Below the pieces are notes generated by a model. That model searched no databases and was not told where the DNA came from. It worked only from the letters and a program-made list of their open reading frames with translations. Below are positions 12,771 through 26,728 of a DNA stretch of 64,000 nucleotides, one piece after another. Made by a program: the position numbers and the translations under genes. Origin of the DNA: Cystobasidiomycetes sp. EMM_F5 (taxonomy: Eukaryota); contig JBPGPT010000007.1 of NCBI GenBank assembly GCA_051047955.1, positions 310,001 to 374,000 of the forward strand, read 5' to 3'. Within the stretch, counting starts at the first letter, position 1. Each line of letters opens with the position of its first letter.

Positions 12771-15700
12771 GTTGTTTTTGCTTATATGAATGTTTTTGGA
12801 TTATAGTTTGCTTTTTCTTCTTGTTTATGTGTAGTGGAAAGGCCTGATGGCTGTATTGCTGACGATAGGTATGGAGGTATGAGCGAGGCCGGACAACGGC
12901 AGCCGGTAGAGCAGTACTCCTCACCTGAACGTTATCCGTGTGGAGGGGATGGCGTTAACGACTGAAGGAGCTGCGGACGCGAAGCTGGGGAAGTCGCAGA
13001 GGGTCAGTGGCTGTGAAAGAGGAGAGCCCATGAAATAGACTTACCTCGAACGGACGATTGACTAGAGATATAAGTGTACCTTGCTTGGTATACTTGATGA
13101 CGAGTGTGATGGTTGCTCAACCAGATTCTAGACTCGCGACTCGAAGATGTTGATGGCTAGAAGGTGGCGAAAGGGGGAGACGGTGCGTGAGAAGCAAGTG
13201 GCTGAGGATGGGGTGTGCAATAGACTATACTCGAAGCGACGTGTTCGATTGGAGAGTAGTATGACCGGAGCTATACGCTGCAGGTATTGCTACTGTTGGT
13301 AGTGTTAAGCTGGGCGAGGGGGTCAGCGGTGTGTAGGATAATGGTTGTAATAGAGGTTTGATTGGTTGATGGTTTGTGTTGCTGTAGTGCTATCTGACGC
13401 TGATAGCTGCGGATGCTGGGTCGATATTCGCTGATCTGACGAGCAGAAAAGAGAAGAGAGAGAGAGGTCGCTGCCTCCTTCAAAAGGGCGAATTTCTGGG
13501 CGGAGAGGGCGAGACGCAACAGAGATCGGTGATTTATGCAAGCAAGCCGCTAAGCCACCAGTAACAGAGGCGATGGGGGTTGAATGCGATCGCTTTCGAC
13601 AGCCTCTGCAGCCACTGCAGCTCGTGCTGCTGTCGGTGTTGATGTATTGTTTGCACCCGCCTGTGCGCTTCCCGACGCAACAACGTCGAGCTTCAATATG
13701 CGATTACTCAGCAAACAGACCGTCACTGAGGCGATTCACCACGCGACAGCTTGTGCAAGATTGTCGGAAAGGAGGCCGAATCTTGAAGATCTACCCTCAG
13801 GAGTCCTCCTGACGACTCTGCGGCAGCACAAGAGCGAGGAGAAGAGAAGCGCGGCAGCGTCAGGGAGCGAATAGACGTAAGGTAGAATGTAGATGGCACA
13901 ATGTCAGCTTTATCTTCGTGCCAGTTGCGTCTCTTCAGCGATAGCTCTCGGATACACGCCCACTCACCGGTCGATAGTGTACAAGTGCACAATAAAAGTA
14001 CACGGTACACCTATCCAGCCAGTCGAAGTGTCAAAGAGTGCACTCGCTGCAGCCCTTGTTGTCTTTCTTTGAAACTCGACGAGCAGTCTGACACCAATGA
14101 CGGCTGCCGAGATGATTGACCGACAGACTGACGGTAGACTGACGTCGGTCGAGCGTCTTACAGCGGATATCGGTGTGTTCGCTGTTGTGCTGAGCACTGC
14201 ACCGCTGCTTGCTCAATGTCCTTGCCTCGCAGGCTGAGACCTCTGCCCTTTGGACCTGGGACCTGAGTGGGCGCCGTGGAATGAAACGCAATGAAACGGC
14301 GGGCAGGTTGGCTGTCTGCGCACTGACGCACTCGCTAATGGATTGTTTGCGGAGTGCTTGCTGTCCTTTCTTGTCCTCAGCTGCCTTCGTCGTCTGAGAA
14401 TACCGCCTCTTCGCTTCCGAGCACCTTCGCCTCCCTTCTCTTGAATCCCAAACAGCAACGCGGTGGATTCGCCGACCGAGTGAAATCGAGCAGTCGTGAG
14501 CATCCAAATCTACAATCTCACCGCCGTCTCAGCACTCACTCACCGCACCCTGTCGTGACTGACGCCTCCACGGTCCCTCGGAGACGGTCCAATATCGTCT
14601 ACTGAAACGGTCAACCGTCCGGGAAGCAGAAAGTGAGAAGCGAGAAACGGAAGGGAGAGTGTGTTGGCGGCAGAGTGCGGTGATGAATGTGAGTGTGGAG
14701 GTCACCGTGACTGGCTGGTTCGAGCGCTGTTCTGCGTTTTCAGTCGCTTCAGCTGTAGACCAGATGATGGTTGTTTCGCTGATTCCGAACGTATGAAGGT
14801 ATGCTGCAACCTATGCAGCCCTCATGCTTAGTATCTCATTCCCACTCTTCTTCTGAATTCGTTGTCCTCGCTCACACCAACCGTTCACCAAACTGAGACT
14901 GACCGCGCCGCCTCTGAACAATATCTCCGTCCGCTGACCGGGTCTCCGCTGCAACCGTTCAATGTCGTGCGCTGGTCATCATAGTGTCAATGAGTGAAGA
15001 CTGATGTTCAATGCCCACTTGCAAGCACAGTCGCTCCGCCAGTGTCGCGTCTAGGCGAGAATCACCGTCGATAAAGTAAATGTGCCACATTTTGTCTAAT
15101 CTTCGAGTAATCTTCTCACTTTACGCGATGCTCGCTCGTCGTTGATGACAGGAACGAGCAAGACGCCGATATATATGCACAGCGTAAGGCATTATGCAGC
15201 CAATTGACCGCAGAGAATGCAATACTCGCTCATACTGTACTGTAATCCAGCACAGAGTAAGAAGCTTTCGTATCCTTGAGTCAGCCATAAGCGACCCCGT
15301 TTTACCGATTAGTCAGCCACGTCAGCTACCTGCAATACTATCAGCTAACGGATCAGCTGGTCTCTGCTCAAGGCTAACATCAGCCTGGGTCTCCGCAATC
15401 TTGCGCCATGCATCCTTCCCGCCTCATCATTCGCGATGCGTCAAGGAAACAGAGAGCGACGCCATGCCCGCAGCGAGTACGTCAAGATCCGAAAAGGCCG
15501 TTAAAAGGCTCTCGACTCCGTTCGATTCTACCTTCTCATTCGTCCATTTTGCCATTTGTTATTTGATTTTCACACCTTTTGGGTGGCGAGAAGAAAAGTA
15601 ATGGCGGGTAGAAATCGAGTCAGCTCGTCTCCGCAATCAAGCTACCTGCATAAGACAGAGCGTAAGTATCCATAGTCCGTCATCCTTGCTGTACTGACGT

Positions 15701-16347
15701 AGCGGCTGATCAGTCAGCTCAAGCTCCACACCTTCTCACTGGCATCAAGTTGGCGAAATGAACAGAGGTGACGAAAGAAGGCGGGGGCGGGTCGACACAC
15801 TCTCTGCATAAATCAAGCGACTAATAGCTTAGCGATTGCTCGAGCACTTTCATATAACATGTGAGACCTCACGCTGTCGAAGCGCACATACTTACTCGAT
15901 TATCCGATGAACGTTTTATTGAAGATCTGCTACTGGCTTTGCTGAATTGCTCTCATGCGTGTTACTGACCGTTCGGCCTGTCAAAATGCTATTATAAACT
16001 GCTGGAAGTGCCCACTTCGACACACAGCATCACAGTCGAACCAAAACAAACTTGGCTTGGTCAAGCTTGTAAAAGTCGTCGCTCCAAAGACGTTTCCGCT
16101 CCCTGTCTTTTGACACCACTTGTGACGCGGGTCAACATCGCTACTATGCCGCGAATTTGCCAAATTTCGGCTGTGGCAATGCTGAATGAAGCTTTCAGGA
16201 AGACAGCAATACAACGAATAGTGACTCATCTGGAAAAGGCTCGGAATCGCAGAAACGTAAGTCAAGCGCTAGAAGCCCAGGCTCCGGAAAATTCGCGCCA
16301 ACGATTCGGCCAGGGAGATGGACAGCTGAACTGGAGCGTCGAGCCGA

Positions 16348-16572
16348 TTATACCTCCTGTGTGAGTGTCGTAACGTAGGACCAAGTAGTGGAATACGTCG
16401 ACGCTGGACAGCCGTACAAGCAACCAGCGGAATACGATGTATACATCACAGGTGTAACGATCGTAGTGGGGTATTGAGTGATGACTGGTGCGGACCAAGC
16501 TGTTCCGACGCACATTGCACTCGCGAGGATGACGAGGGTCGCTTTGATGGAGAGGCGAGCGATGAAAGCCAT
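16348..16572 (-). CDS. Small putative secreted Ser/Thr/Tyr-rich protein (3' end uncertain)
   Basis: Signal-peptide-like N-terminus MAFIARLSIKATLVILASAMCVGTAWSAP followed by a T/S/Y-rich segment with CLYGC. Confidence 0.45.
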   Translation of the reverse strand: MAFIARLSIKATLVILASAMCVGTAWSAPVITQYPTTIVTPVMYTSYSAGCLYGCPASTYSTTWSYVTTLTQEV

Positions 16573-17078
16573 ATTTGTAAATGTTCAGAGAGGTATCGCC
16601 GAGGACTGAATTAAGTGTATGATCGCGAGAGCGAATGGGGATGAAGCAGAAGAAGTGTGCGACGCACGCGCGCTTTCAAAAAGCGGAAGATGTTGCCCTG
16701 TGTCAAGCCAATGCCCTGTACGCTTCCAGCCCATCGGCACAACTCCGCTTCCATTGTCTCACAATATGTCAGCAGGTTTCGACCGTGATCACCTGTTCCA
16801 GCCGAAACATGCGAGTGACATTGACTGCTTCTTCGAATAGTCCACTGCCAGCATAGACCGGTGACTCAGATGGATCTGCAAGGGGGCGTCGAAGTGGGTG
16901 ACTGAAGTAAAGTGCGACAGTGAAAGAAAGAATTGATGCGACACCTCAAGAAGTAGTTGTACACCTTGTAACTCCCAGAGAATACCTGGAGGCTGAGGCT
17001 GTCAATTGTTAGGATTCAAAGCAGATCGAGACAATTTCGCTGATAGGCAACCACTCTTGTCGCAGAACACCTCGATCC

Positions 17079-20032
17079 CTATGCTACATAGTTATAGGCG
17101 TCTCTTCCGTTCCGTTCCATATAATCACGATCAATGAGGCTGTCAATGGCCTTCTTGATTTCCGGAGGGTCAACCCTGAATCGTTCCTTGAGGGAGTTGA
17201 CCACCTCCATGATCAGTTCGGTATGCTTGATTGTCTTTCTCGACTTCAGTATCCGGACAATCACCAGCTGCAGGTGAGATTGTCGATCGAGAAGCACGCG
17301 CTGCTCAGTATCTCGCTGTTCTTCCACGGTTTCCTTGACTTGAATCTGGTTGATCCGTATGCGATACTTGTCATCCGTAAAGTTGGCATTAAACGAAAAT
17401 TCGTCTGTCTCGTTGACATCGCGGCCCTTTGGGTGCTTTGTGAGTATCTTGTACTTTGCACAAGCCAGAGATTGCAGAGTGCGCGCCAACTCTTTGCTCT
17501 CTGCGAGACGGAATCGAGGGAATCAGCTCAATAACTATGTGCAGGCGCATAGTGTGCCTACCAAGACCTGTTTGTGCCATTATCTCCTTGTATCCAAGCT
17601 TCCTGTCCTCGTCTGTGTAGTTGAAAAGGAGAATGACCAAGGCCTGCGTTAAGCTGACGTTGAGCTCTTTCCTTCCACCGCCTTTACCAGCCTTGAAGTC
17701 TGCTCGAATAGCACAGTGATCCAAGCCATGTACCCATGCCAGACTTCGTCCCGCATGTTTGTTCTTGTAGAATGCTGTGAAGCGATCCAATTCTTTCTGC
17801 ATGTCGGCTGGAACGCGACATGGCAATTTCGTATAAGTTGGCCAATTGCCGGCAGTAAGTATATTGACATTGATGGTTGAGTCAGCAGCTGATTCCGGCG
17901 GCAGTGCAGAGCGGTAGGCATTCATGATATCGCTAGATAGATCAATATCTTTGGCCATAGTCTCTAATTTAGCCGTGAAGCCGGCGCCACATTCTGCAAA
18001 TATATGCATGAGTGTCATAAGGCGTACAGGCGGGGCGACCGCTGACCTTCTTTCAATTTCAGAAGCATGTTCTTCTCAGCATCGGAGGAAGCTGACCGGT
18101 TGAGCAGCAAGCGTTTTGCAAAATCCTTTTTGCTACGATAGCCAAGGACTATCAGCTTGGGACTAATACCGACTTCGAGACTTACTAGAAGGCCTCGAAA
18201 ATATCTTTCCCCTGGCAATACCTGAAGAGGCCGAGCACCGCTTGAGAAGTCTCCTCGAATGCTTCGTCGCTCATGACCTTGTTGCCGGCGCGCATCTTCG
18301 CATCAATGAATTTGGCAATCATTTCCGCTGGCTTGTTTTGACGAGCATTAATGAAAACAGAGAATGCATCGCGAGAGACGCGCGCGAACTCGCTATCATC
18401 GTTGAATGCCTCCCGGATTATCCGAGATGTCGAATTTCGGAACTCGATAAGGGAGTCTACCATACTGTCATCCTTTGCAGCATCTGACACGATGGACGTT
18501 CCGTGAGACTGCGCATTTTAAAGCGTTAGGCAGATATGCACCTCTGACGAGATCCGTTGCCATACCTTTACGTATCCTCCAAAGGCAGCCTTCAGCTTGT
18601 CCAGAGCTGAAACTTTGTCGAGCAGGGTATACATGGTCTTGAGATCATCTATGCGGACTTCACGAAGCAGCAAAGGGAGACCATTCTCCAGTAAAGACGG
18701 TACGTGTGCGCCAATCAACGATTTCTCGACTACGTCGAGGGCAGCATCCTTGACTCCCGTCCCAATGACCACATCACAGCGCTCCCCTTCTTCCACTAGT
18801 CGTTTCTTTACGTGATTCAGGTATTTTGGATACGTCATGCTCGTATTCTCTCCAGAGCCAATCTCACCGATCAGCCTCGTGCCTTCCGCTTGATAGTACG
18901 CCATCGATGCCTCGATGAATGGTGAAACGAAAATTGTCGCGTGTACAGTGGCAGAGATGGTGACCAGTAGATTGACGAGTGTTGTGAGCAAAAATTGCGA
19001 AATGCTCCCTCCATCGCTGCGGCGTCTGTCAGTTCTGTCTGTCAAGGTTTCAGCGAGATTCTTACCGTTCTCTGTTGATGAGCTGCAGTAGTTCCCGTGT
19101 GACTCTGCCACCGATATCATTGTCTGCTATGATACTTTGTCTGAAGATGTCGACACCAAGGTCCCTGAATTGTTGCTTGTCAATCTGGGCGAAATGACTG
19201 GTACAGCCTTTACATACCATATCGACAGCAGGTCGGGAGACGCGAGTACGTAGGTACGATCTAGATAGAGCAGTACCGAGCGTACAAGAAGCTGGTAGGT
19301 GAAATTTGATAGTAAGTATCGGCAGTCACGTTGTAGCAAAGATTCCTGCTAACCATTTTCTCGTTGAATGACTTCCAGATTGTATTGAGCTGGCTGAGCC
19401 ATGCTTCACCGTCGTTGCTTTCGCCTTTGCGTAGGACTGTAGCATACTCTCCGACTTTGCGCTCTATCTCTATCCGAAGGCGGTCATACAGGTTCTGCGC
19501 TACGTTGCTCTTGGCCGAGCCTGAACTAGATGAAGGTAGAGCACTTCCCACGAGACCCTCGCACAGATCGTACAGAGATTGCAGCGATTCGGGTGTTGGT
19601 TCTGGCGGATCGGCAAGAATAGCTCGCACTGCGCGGATCAGGGTGGATATCGCAGAGTTGGCGTAGTTCTGGGTAGCAGCGACAGATGGACCAGCTAGAG
19701 TATGTATGAGCGTGGATGGAGCAAGATTAGATGGTTTGCATCGGCTAGCAGCAGCCACCGGCGACATGTCCAAAGATCCGGCACAACCCACCTTTTGCAT
19801 TCTTGATGACTAGCTTCCTGCTCTGTTGGTTCTGCTTGTCCGGAACACGGAGCGCGTTGAGTCCCTCGAGACTGCCCTTGCCGTTTCTGGGCGACGATGA
19901 CGGCTTCAGTGACGATGCCAGCGATATACTGGCTGCTCCGCTCGAACGACGCCGAGACGTCAAGCCAGAAAAGACTGGCGTCGTGGACATGGGAGGCGAC
20001 GTCGATAACGCAGAGGGCGACGAGGCAGACAT
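17079..20032 (-). CDS. CUL4: Cullin-4
   Basis: N-terminal [67 protein letters not shown], and neddylation domain IVRILKSRKTIKH...LIDRDYMER. Confidence 0.92.
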
Positions 20033-20190
20033 GGTGGAGAAGTATCCCGGATCAGTTGACGGGATGCCTACATGTGCTTTGATTTACAATTTACAATCTA
20101 TCTGAACCCTTCATCCGATGCTCTGAATATCCTTACGAGCTACAATATCAGACATGAAAGAATCGCCCATGCAAGACGTTATACAATGCC

Positions 20191-22772
20191 TTACAACGCC
20201 CCATCTGGTGGTGCTTTACGCGATCTACGCGGGATAGGCGTCTTTTCCTTCCTGGCCCCTACTTGCGCCGGGCCTTCCTCTAGAGACGTATTTGGCGACT
20301 CACGACGCCTTCCAGTCCCATTGTAGATCAGTGGTTGCGGCAGAATTTCGTCAACCTCATTACCTTGGCTTGATGTCTCCACCGACAAGGCGTACCCGCG
20401 CGGCAGGGACACCGACTGTCGCGTAGACTGACCATTATTTACAAAAGGTTGACGACCAGGTTGTGTTGCGAGCTCTGCTGCCTGGAGTCGCCACGTTGAC
20501 GCCCGACCGGCCATCTCAGGTTCTTGATGAAGTAGATTGCTTTGGTTTGATGAATCGGAATTATCGCGGAATGCAGAATTCGAACCAGACTGCAGCGTCG
20601 CGGCAGTGTGCGCAGTCGCCGTGAGTGGCTGTGACATACCGTCCGATATGAGTGGTGCAAGACGACTGCTGCCAAGTGCATTGCGTCTTCCGCCATGACG
20701 AAAGTGTCCGAAAGCCGAAGGCGTCGGCAATGACATGGACAGGATGGTCGGGCTGCTTCTTGTAAAAGTTTGTTGGGATGGTGTGTGCGGAAAGCCTGTT
20801 GCCTGTATGAAATCCCGACTGACTCCACTCGAGGCACACGAAAATCCAGCGCGAGCTATATCAGTTGCGGGGGAGATGGCTTCGCCATGCTGATACAGCG
20901 GCTGAAATGGGTATGTGACTCCAGGCGTAGACATATTGAGCGAGCCAATGGCGTCCCATGGGAGATGACTGTTTGCACCGGCAGCGGGCTCGTAGGGACT
21001 GTTGGAAGCTCTTGGCGAGAGAGATGCAGCAATAGATTCATCAGATGAGATGCTCGTTTGGGAAGGGCTTCGGTGACGGTATTGGTGTGCCATGGCTTGC
21101 CATGACGGGGTCGTAGCGGTTCTGAGCACTGGCAGTCTAATTGCCGCTGCTGAAATGAGCGGAGGTTGGTTGTGATTCATAATGGCTCCTCCGGTCGAAG
21201 CTGCAGACGCAGTAAGATCAGTAGTTGTGTAATTTATAGCCATGGAGTCGGACGGTAGAGAGGAAGGGTAAAGTCCAGCCAAGGCTGGCAGTATGTTCTG
21301 CATACGAGTCTGCGGCTCAAACATCACACTATCTGAGTCTGAGGTCATAAACGATGACCCGGAGCCGCTGCGATTGCGCTGGTGTGAGGTCGCTTGTTGT
21401 AGGAACGGAGACTGTCCAGTGGATAAGAAGGGGAAATGATTGCTGCTGCTCGCTGTAGCTGCACCATACGCACTATCGCGTCCGCGATTGGGTGCTTGCG
21501 CTTGGTAGGATGGCATATCAGACTCGGACAGCGGACTGCGCAGCGGGGAAGCCACCGGAATGTTTGAGGCGATGACTCTGGTTCTTCGCGCTGGTATACG
21601 GTCAGATTCAGTAGCGCTTGCACTCGTACTCTCACTGCTTTTGTTTCGTTCATCGCCCGTTCCAGCGCTCGTTTCACCGCCACTACTCCCTCCGGCGCTA
21701 CCGCTACGCTTTCGGTGTGATCTTTCGGCTCGCATGTTGTTTGATCGCCGGTGATAGATGTACCCCGGATGCATCTGCTCAAGACTGTCAGCGAGTAGCA
21801 GGGCTTCACCGCCACGGCTCACCCGATGAAAATTGTCGCGAACGACTTTGGCGGCTTGAACGTATTTGTCCTTCTCCTCCTGTCGCATCCTCCTTTCGCT
21901 CAGTCGGAGCTTTAGAAAGTAGGTTACAGATAAACTCACCGCCGGCATTACTGCCCATTCTTTGCCTAGCTCCTTGGCAATCTCGCCAACTGCAATCTTT
22001 GGCCTCTCTTTCAGTAGTTTGGGTCTTCTGTCCCTCCCAAAGATCATGAATGCATTCAAAGGTCGTTTGGGTTTACCGTTCTTATGTGTACTTTGACGAA
22101 GTAATGGGTTGCCCGACACTTGAGGATCGCTTATTGGCGATTCTACTGTCGTACCGTCGTCTTCCAGAGCGGTTTCGTCTGGCATCTTCTCCGTGCCAAA
22201 CAAGCTATCATTATCGAGGGGTGTGGTGTACGGCTCGTAGCGTATGTCCATGATCATGTCATCTACGGAATGGTGATTGCCAAAGGGCGGTTGCGGCTGC
22301 TGACTGTTCAAAGTCTGAAGAAGGTAGGATGGACTACCAGTACTAGCGTTCTGCAGGCCTGGAATCAAGTGTTCATCTAGCATACGGTCGTTATCGGGAT
22401 GTCCAGTGAGCGGTGGTAATTTAAGTGTGTTGAAATGATTGCGGGACATTTGCATGTCAAAAGCTTCTAGATTGAACGACTCCGCTTGTGTGTTATATCG
22501 AGTGTCTGCGACCGGGAAGCAAGCTGCTGTCCTCAGCATTCACCTATGCGCAAACGAACCAGAGACTGACCTTGGCTTTGCTCGGCATACCATGGAGATT
22601 GCAAAGAGACATTACTTGCTTGAGGTCTATCCTGGTACATGGACTGTGCATGTGCAGGTCCGTATTGTGGTATTTGCTCAAACGCGGTCGGATCGATGTT
22701 TCCACCGGGATTTTTATCGTTGTCGCTCAAGGTATCTCCTGGTCTCGCTGAGTGTGGGTAGAACTGCTGCAT
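20191..22772 (-). CDS. HMG-box transcription factor (MATA/SOX-like)
   Basis: KPKRPLNAFMIFGRDRRPKLLKERPKIAVGEIAKELGKEWAVMPA|EEKDKYVQAAKVVRDNFHR|MHPGYIYHRR flanked by long disordered regions; 2 introns fall inside the box. Confidence 0.88.
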
Positions 22773-23692
22773 AGTGTGATGGCTGTATAGACACGAGTAC
22801 TTCTGGACGAAAACCGTACAGGCTGTCGTAGCTCTGATGTCGATGTAAAGAGAAAATGAAGGTCGGACGACGAGCTGCCTTTTCAGCAGCAAGCAGATCC
22901 TGTCCTGCTCTCGATGCAAGTGAACGCGCAAACACTGCGCCTGCGGATGCGACTATTTTGATTTTAACGCCTCTGCGTGACGAGGCGTTGGTAGCCGTTG
23001 GCAATGTAGGATGAATCAAGGCGTTTCGTGATGGGCGTCGTGACACGTAAGGTTTGCGTGATTGGCGTTTCCGATTCGTAAAAGTGTCGTTGAAGGGGTC
23101 GTGAGTAGTCGATCGTCTACAGCATGCCGTCGGGAGTCGCCTATATGTCCGCAGGCGGATCAAACGAGGATTGCGAAATGCGCGGGACGAGGATTTAGAC
23201 GGGAGGCCAAAAGCGAGTCAGCGTCGACGGCGTACTTGTTCAACACATTCGAGGTTATCAGCAGCAGTCAGCAGTCAGCCAGCAGCCAGCAAGGCCAATC
23301 AGATTGCACGCTTCAGGATCTTGTAAGACAGAGTCCGGAGCCGTTCGACAGCGTCAGGCCGGCAGCCGAGCACTCCCGCATGCTTTGTAACGATATCTTT
23401 GAGTAGTCCCGACCTCAGCGTCGCCTGTCCAGCTCTTTGGTTGGTCTGATCCTCAACCGGAGTCACAGAATCTTTGCCGTGGCAGTCTGTCAATCAAGTA
23501 CGCATCTTTTGCTTTATATCAAAAGATTCGGCATTGCTGATGGGAAACTCTGTACCGTCTCACTGAATTCATGCACGTTCGTACAATAACACGCACCCTC
23601 CTTGTCGCATCGTCTTTCCATCACCTCTGATGACACCGGATAGCATATCCAGCCGAGCATAGCACATCAAAGCCTGTTCTATCATCGCAAGA

Positions 23693-24727
23693 ATGCTCGA
23701 AAACATATTCATCGCCAGGCATGGCTTCCGGCAAGGCTTTAACTGGCCCAAGAGTGAGTTATGACGCAGTAACTCGCCGAACAGTACGGTACTGACGTTC
23801 GTGCGTTCTTCACCCACTGTCATCCACCTTCAGCTCCCACTGGAATCAAACGAGACCCACCGCTGACAGCATTTGGCGAAACACAGGCCAAGGAACTGGC
23901 CACATACTTTCTTAACAACCCCGACATCAAGCTTGATGCAATCTTCTCATCTCCGTGGTAGTGAGTTTGTGTAAGAGTATTGATCCGGATAAAGGAGCTG
24001 ACGGGAGTATGCCACAGCAGATGTTTACAGACTGCCACGCCCACTGCGTTGGCATTGAATCTGCCTATATTCATTGAATTTGGCATAGCGTAGGTTTTCA
24101 GTCTCGGCAATCTCGCCTCACTCACAAAATACAAATGCTCTCAGTGAATTCTTCATGACTGTTGCACCTGGAACAGGGCTACATCCTCGCCCTTTCGCAG
24201 CGAGTACACTGCAAACCTACTTTCCTCACGTACAAGCTTCCTCCCATCGCTCTCTCCTCGTAGTTAGCCAATCTGGAGAGTCCATACAAGGGCTGCATGA
24301 ACGTGCCAAGGAGTTTCTGCGGCGGTTTGTCGCTTACGTCGATGCCAATCTACCGAATGTCAAGAGCGTGCTGCTGGTCAGTCATGCTGCCACGGTGATT
24401 GCGCTGGGTCGCGCACTAGTGGGCCACCCCGACATGGATGTTCGCGCGGGCACAGCCAGTCTCAGCCACTACACGCGGAGTCTAGAGACGGTGCGCCAGG
24501 CAGAGCACGACTCGTATGGTCACTGGACGTGCAAGAGCAATGGCGAGACTGGTCACCTCGCTGGGGGAGAGCAACGCAACTGGAGTTTTGAAGGGGAGGT
24601 AGACTACGAAGAGCATGGGATTGCAGACATCCTGGAGGAGAGCGAGCTGAGCGGGCTGGACATTGACCACGCTGCGCTATACCGATACCAAAGCATCCCA
24701 GGCCTGACCAAGAAGCACAAGTTGTAG
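23693..24727 (+). CDS. Histidine phosphatase (PGM-like; Tfc7/tau55 N-terminal type)
   Basis: MLENIFIARHGFR...PTGIKRDPPLTAFG...IFSSPWxRCLQTA...LLVSHAATVIALGRAL. Confidence 0.88.
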
Positions 24728-25124
24728 GGTCCTATCGAGCTCACGTCTCTGTTTGGCCGCTCCCTGGCTTGCCGGTTAACGGTCTGTCTCGGAGGTCGCT
24801 TACGAAATGTCACGCTGCTTACGTTATCAGCACGTCTCTCGATCTCGCCCCCAGAGTCAGAGCTCTGTTTGGGGCACTCACGTCAGTCTGCGTATTTGCG
24901 CGGGTTTTGGGGTCATCGGGGTTCTCCTCTTCAGATTTGCCACAATGTCCCTCATTAAATTCCGACAATTCCTAACCTTTTCTTCTTTCCTTCTTTCCAT
25001 CTTTCAATACAACTGACTAATAACTGACTACAGACTTGTTGATTGTGTGCTCTTCGTCTCAATTACGTCCTTGCTCCCTCTGTCTGCTGTTCACCCTCAT
25101 TTAGCCGAACACAGACCCCCTACC

Positions 25125-26728
25125 ATGCTCTCACTGCTCGGACTCCAGCTTCCACTTGTGCCAAGATGGTCAAGAGCACCGACTGATCAGCCTGTGCAAA
25201 CCCAGTCCAAATCCACTCACAAACCAAGTATATCGATCCCCGAGACTCCAAACCAAGTCGATGATGACGTTGGCAACAGCAAGCCTCGATCCCAGAGCGT
25301 CGACCTCCTCCGCAAGAGCAAAAACAACGTCTTCTCATCCAATCTCTTCCTGCCATACGTTTCGTACAAGGACGATTCGCATTCTGCTGTCCAGGTTGCA
25401 GACATCCCCGACGCACAGACCGTCTCGACCGGCGTACCCGCCAAGTCAGGGAGGATTCGGTCAGCCATCACAAGAGCTGCAAGCGCATCTGCATCGGTGA
25501 ATCCCTTCACAAGAGCAAGAAGCAGTACTAGCAGCAGTGTACGAAGCGCATGTTCACCTTGTGAACCCAAAAGTACCGATCACACTCGTGGAGTCAGTTC
25601 GCCGTCGCTGAGCTTCATGCACCGCTCATCTGCTTCACCAAACCCTTCCACGAAGAAGAAGGCTCATACACTTCCCATGTCATTTTGTGCTCCGGACGTA
25701 GCAGCAGATCCTTGTGAGTTACCTCTACCTCGTTTAGACATCAGTAGACGCTCAATTCCCCCGTCAACCAAACAGTCGCTCGAGTCTGTCCATCACCCGT
25801 CACTCCCCGCACACCGTCATCGCGGTCACACAAGTCGTCTCACAGCAGCCTTAGCTCGTCAGGAAAAAAGAGCTCAGCTTCATATCAAAACTCAGCAAGC
25901 TCCTCCGTAGATACCAAAGGAGGTGCAGTAGCTACTACGGCAGCGCTTCCATTCGACAGAGTTAATGATGACAGAGTCAGAAATCGCCTCCCACAAACAG
26001 ACATTGAAGCTGCATTCCCGTACGATAATGATTACCCAGAATTGTCCCTTCGGTCTCCAAATGCTCAGTCTGCTGCAGCTTCCAATCCCAGTGCTGGACT
26101 GGCATCGCTCGACGATGTCTTTGCGCCTTTGCGTTCCTTTGGGTCTTACGACAGCATGCGTAGTATGTCGAGCAGTGTCAACAGCAATGACAGTACCGAA
26201 ACGGTCACTACCGCAACTTGTACCAGTCCTTCCAGTCCAAGCTCATCCTCGTGCTCCGCTTCCCCATCGTTTCGTCAACGTCATCGCAGGGACGGAGTGT
26301 TCCACACTCATCTAGACGAGCAGGAAAACAACGATGACGAGACACCACTGGCGGATCTCATGATAGGATCTCACCTTGAAAATAGTTCTGTTCGCTCGCT
26401 CAGATCGTCCCGTTCCCGACCGCCGCTACCAGTAAGCTGTACTGCTCGCACGGAAGCGGTCCCACAAGTCACTTCGTATAACGCACACGCGTCAAATCGC
26501 GGTGTAGCTGGATCTCGCTTCATCGAGCATGACATTGATGTGGTCGTTGATCAGACTGCCAGATTCTCTCGCTCATTCGAAGGAACCTCGTCGTCCTCAA
26601 ACAGGACTACCATTGTACAAGAGGACATCACTGGTCCGGCCGCATCCAAGGCTCGCACTTTCGACGGCAACGGCTGGCGGTTCCCACTGAGACGAGCGGT
26701 TTCGAACCCTTTGCAAGTCCAGAAGTGA
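25125..26728 (+). CDS. Hypothetical Ser/Pro-rich disordered protein
   Basis: Two long ORFs are joined in frame by intron 25714-25775 (GTGAGT...CTCAAT...CAG); no recognisable domain. Confidence 0.6.

Noticed and set aside
15490..15545. GTTCGATTC B-box suggesting a tRNA
   Set aside because: No cloverleaf or acceptor stem could be built.
23731..23736. Possible GC donor (GCAAGG) in the histidine phosphatase
   Set aside because: The frame reads on to a canonical GTGAGT donor, giving RHGFRQGFNWPKTPTG.
25900..26045. Apparent stop or frameshift between two ORFs (pseudogene or recoding)
   Set aside because: Resolved by the canonical intron 25714-25775.
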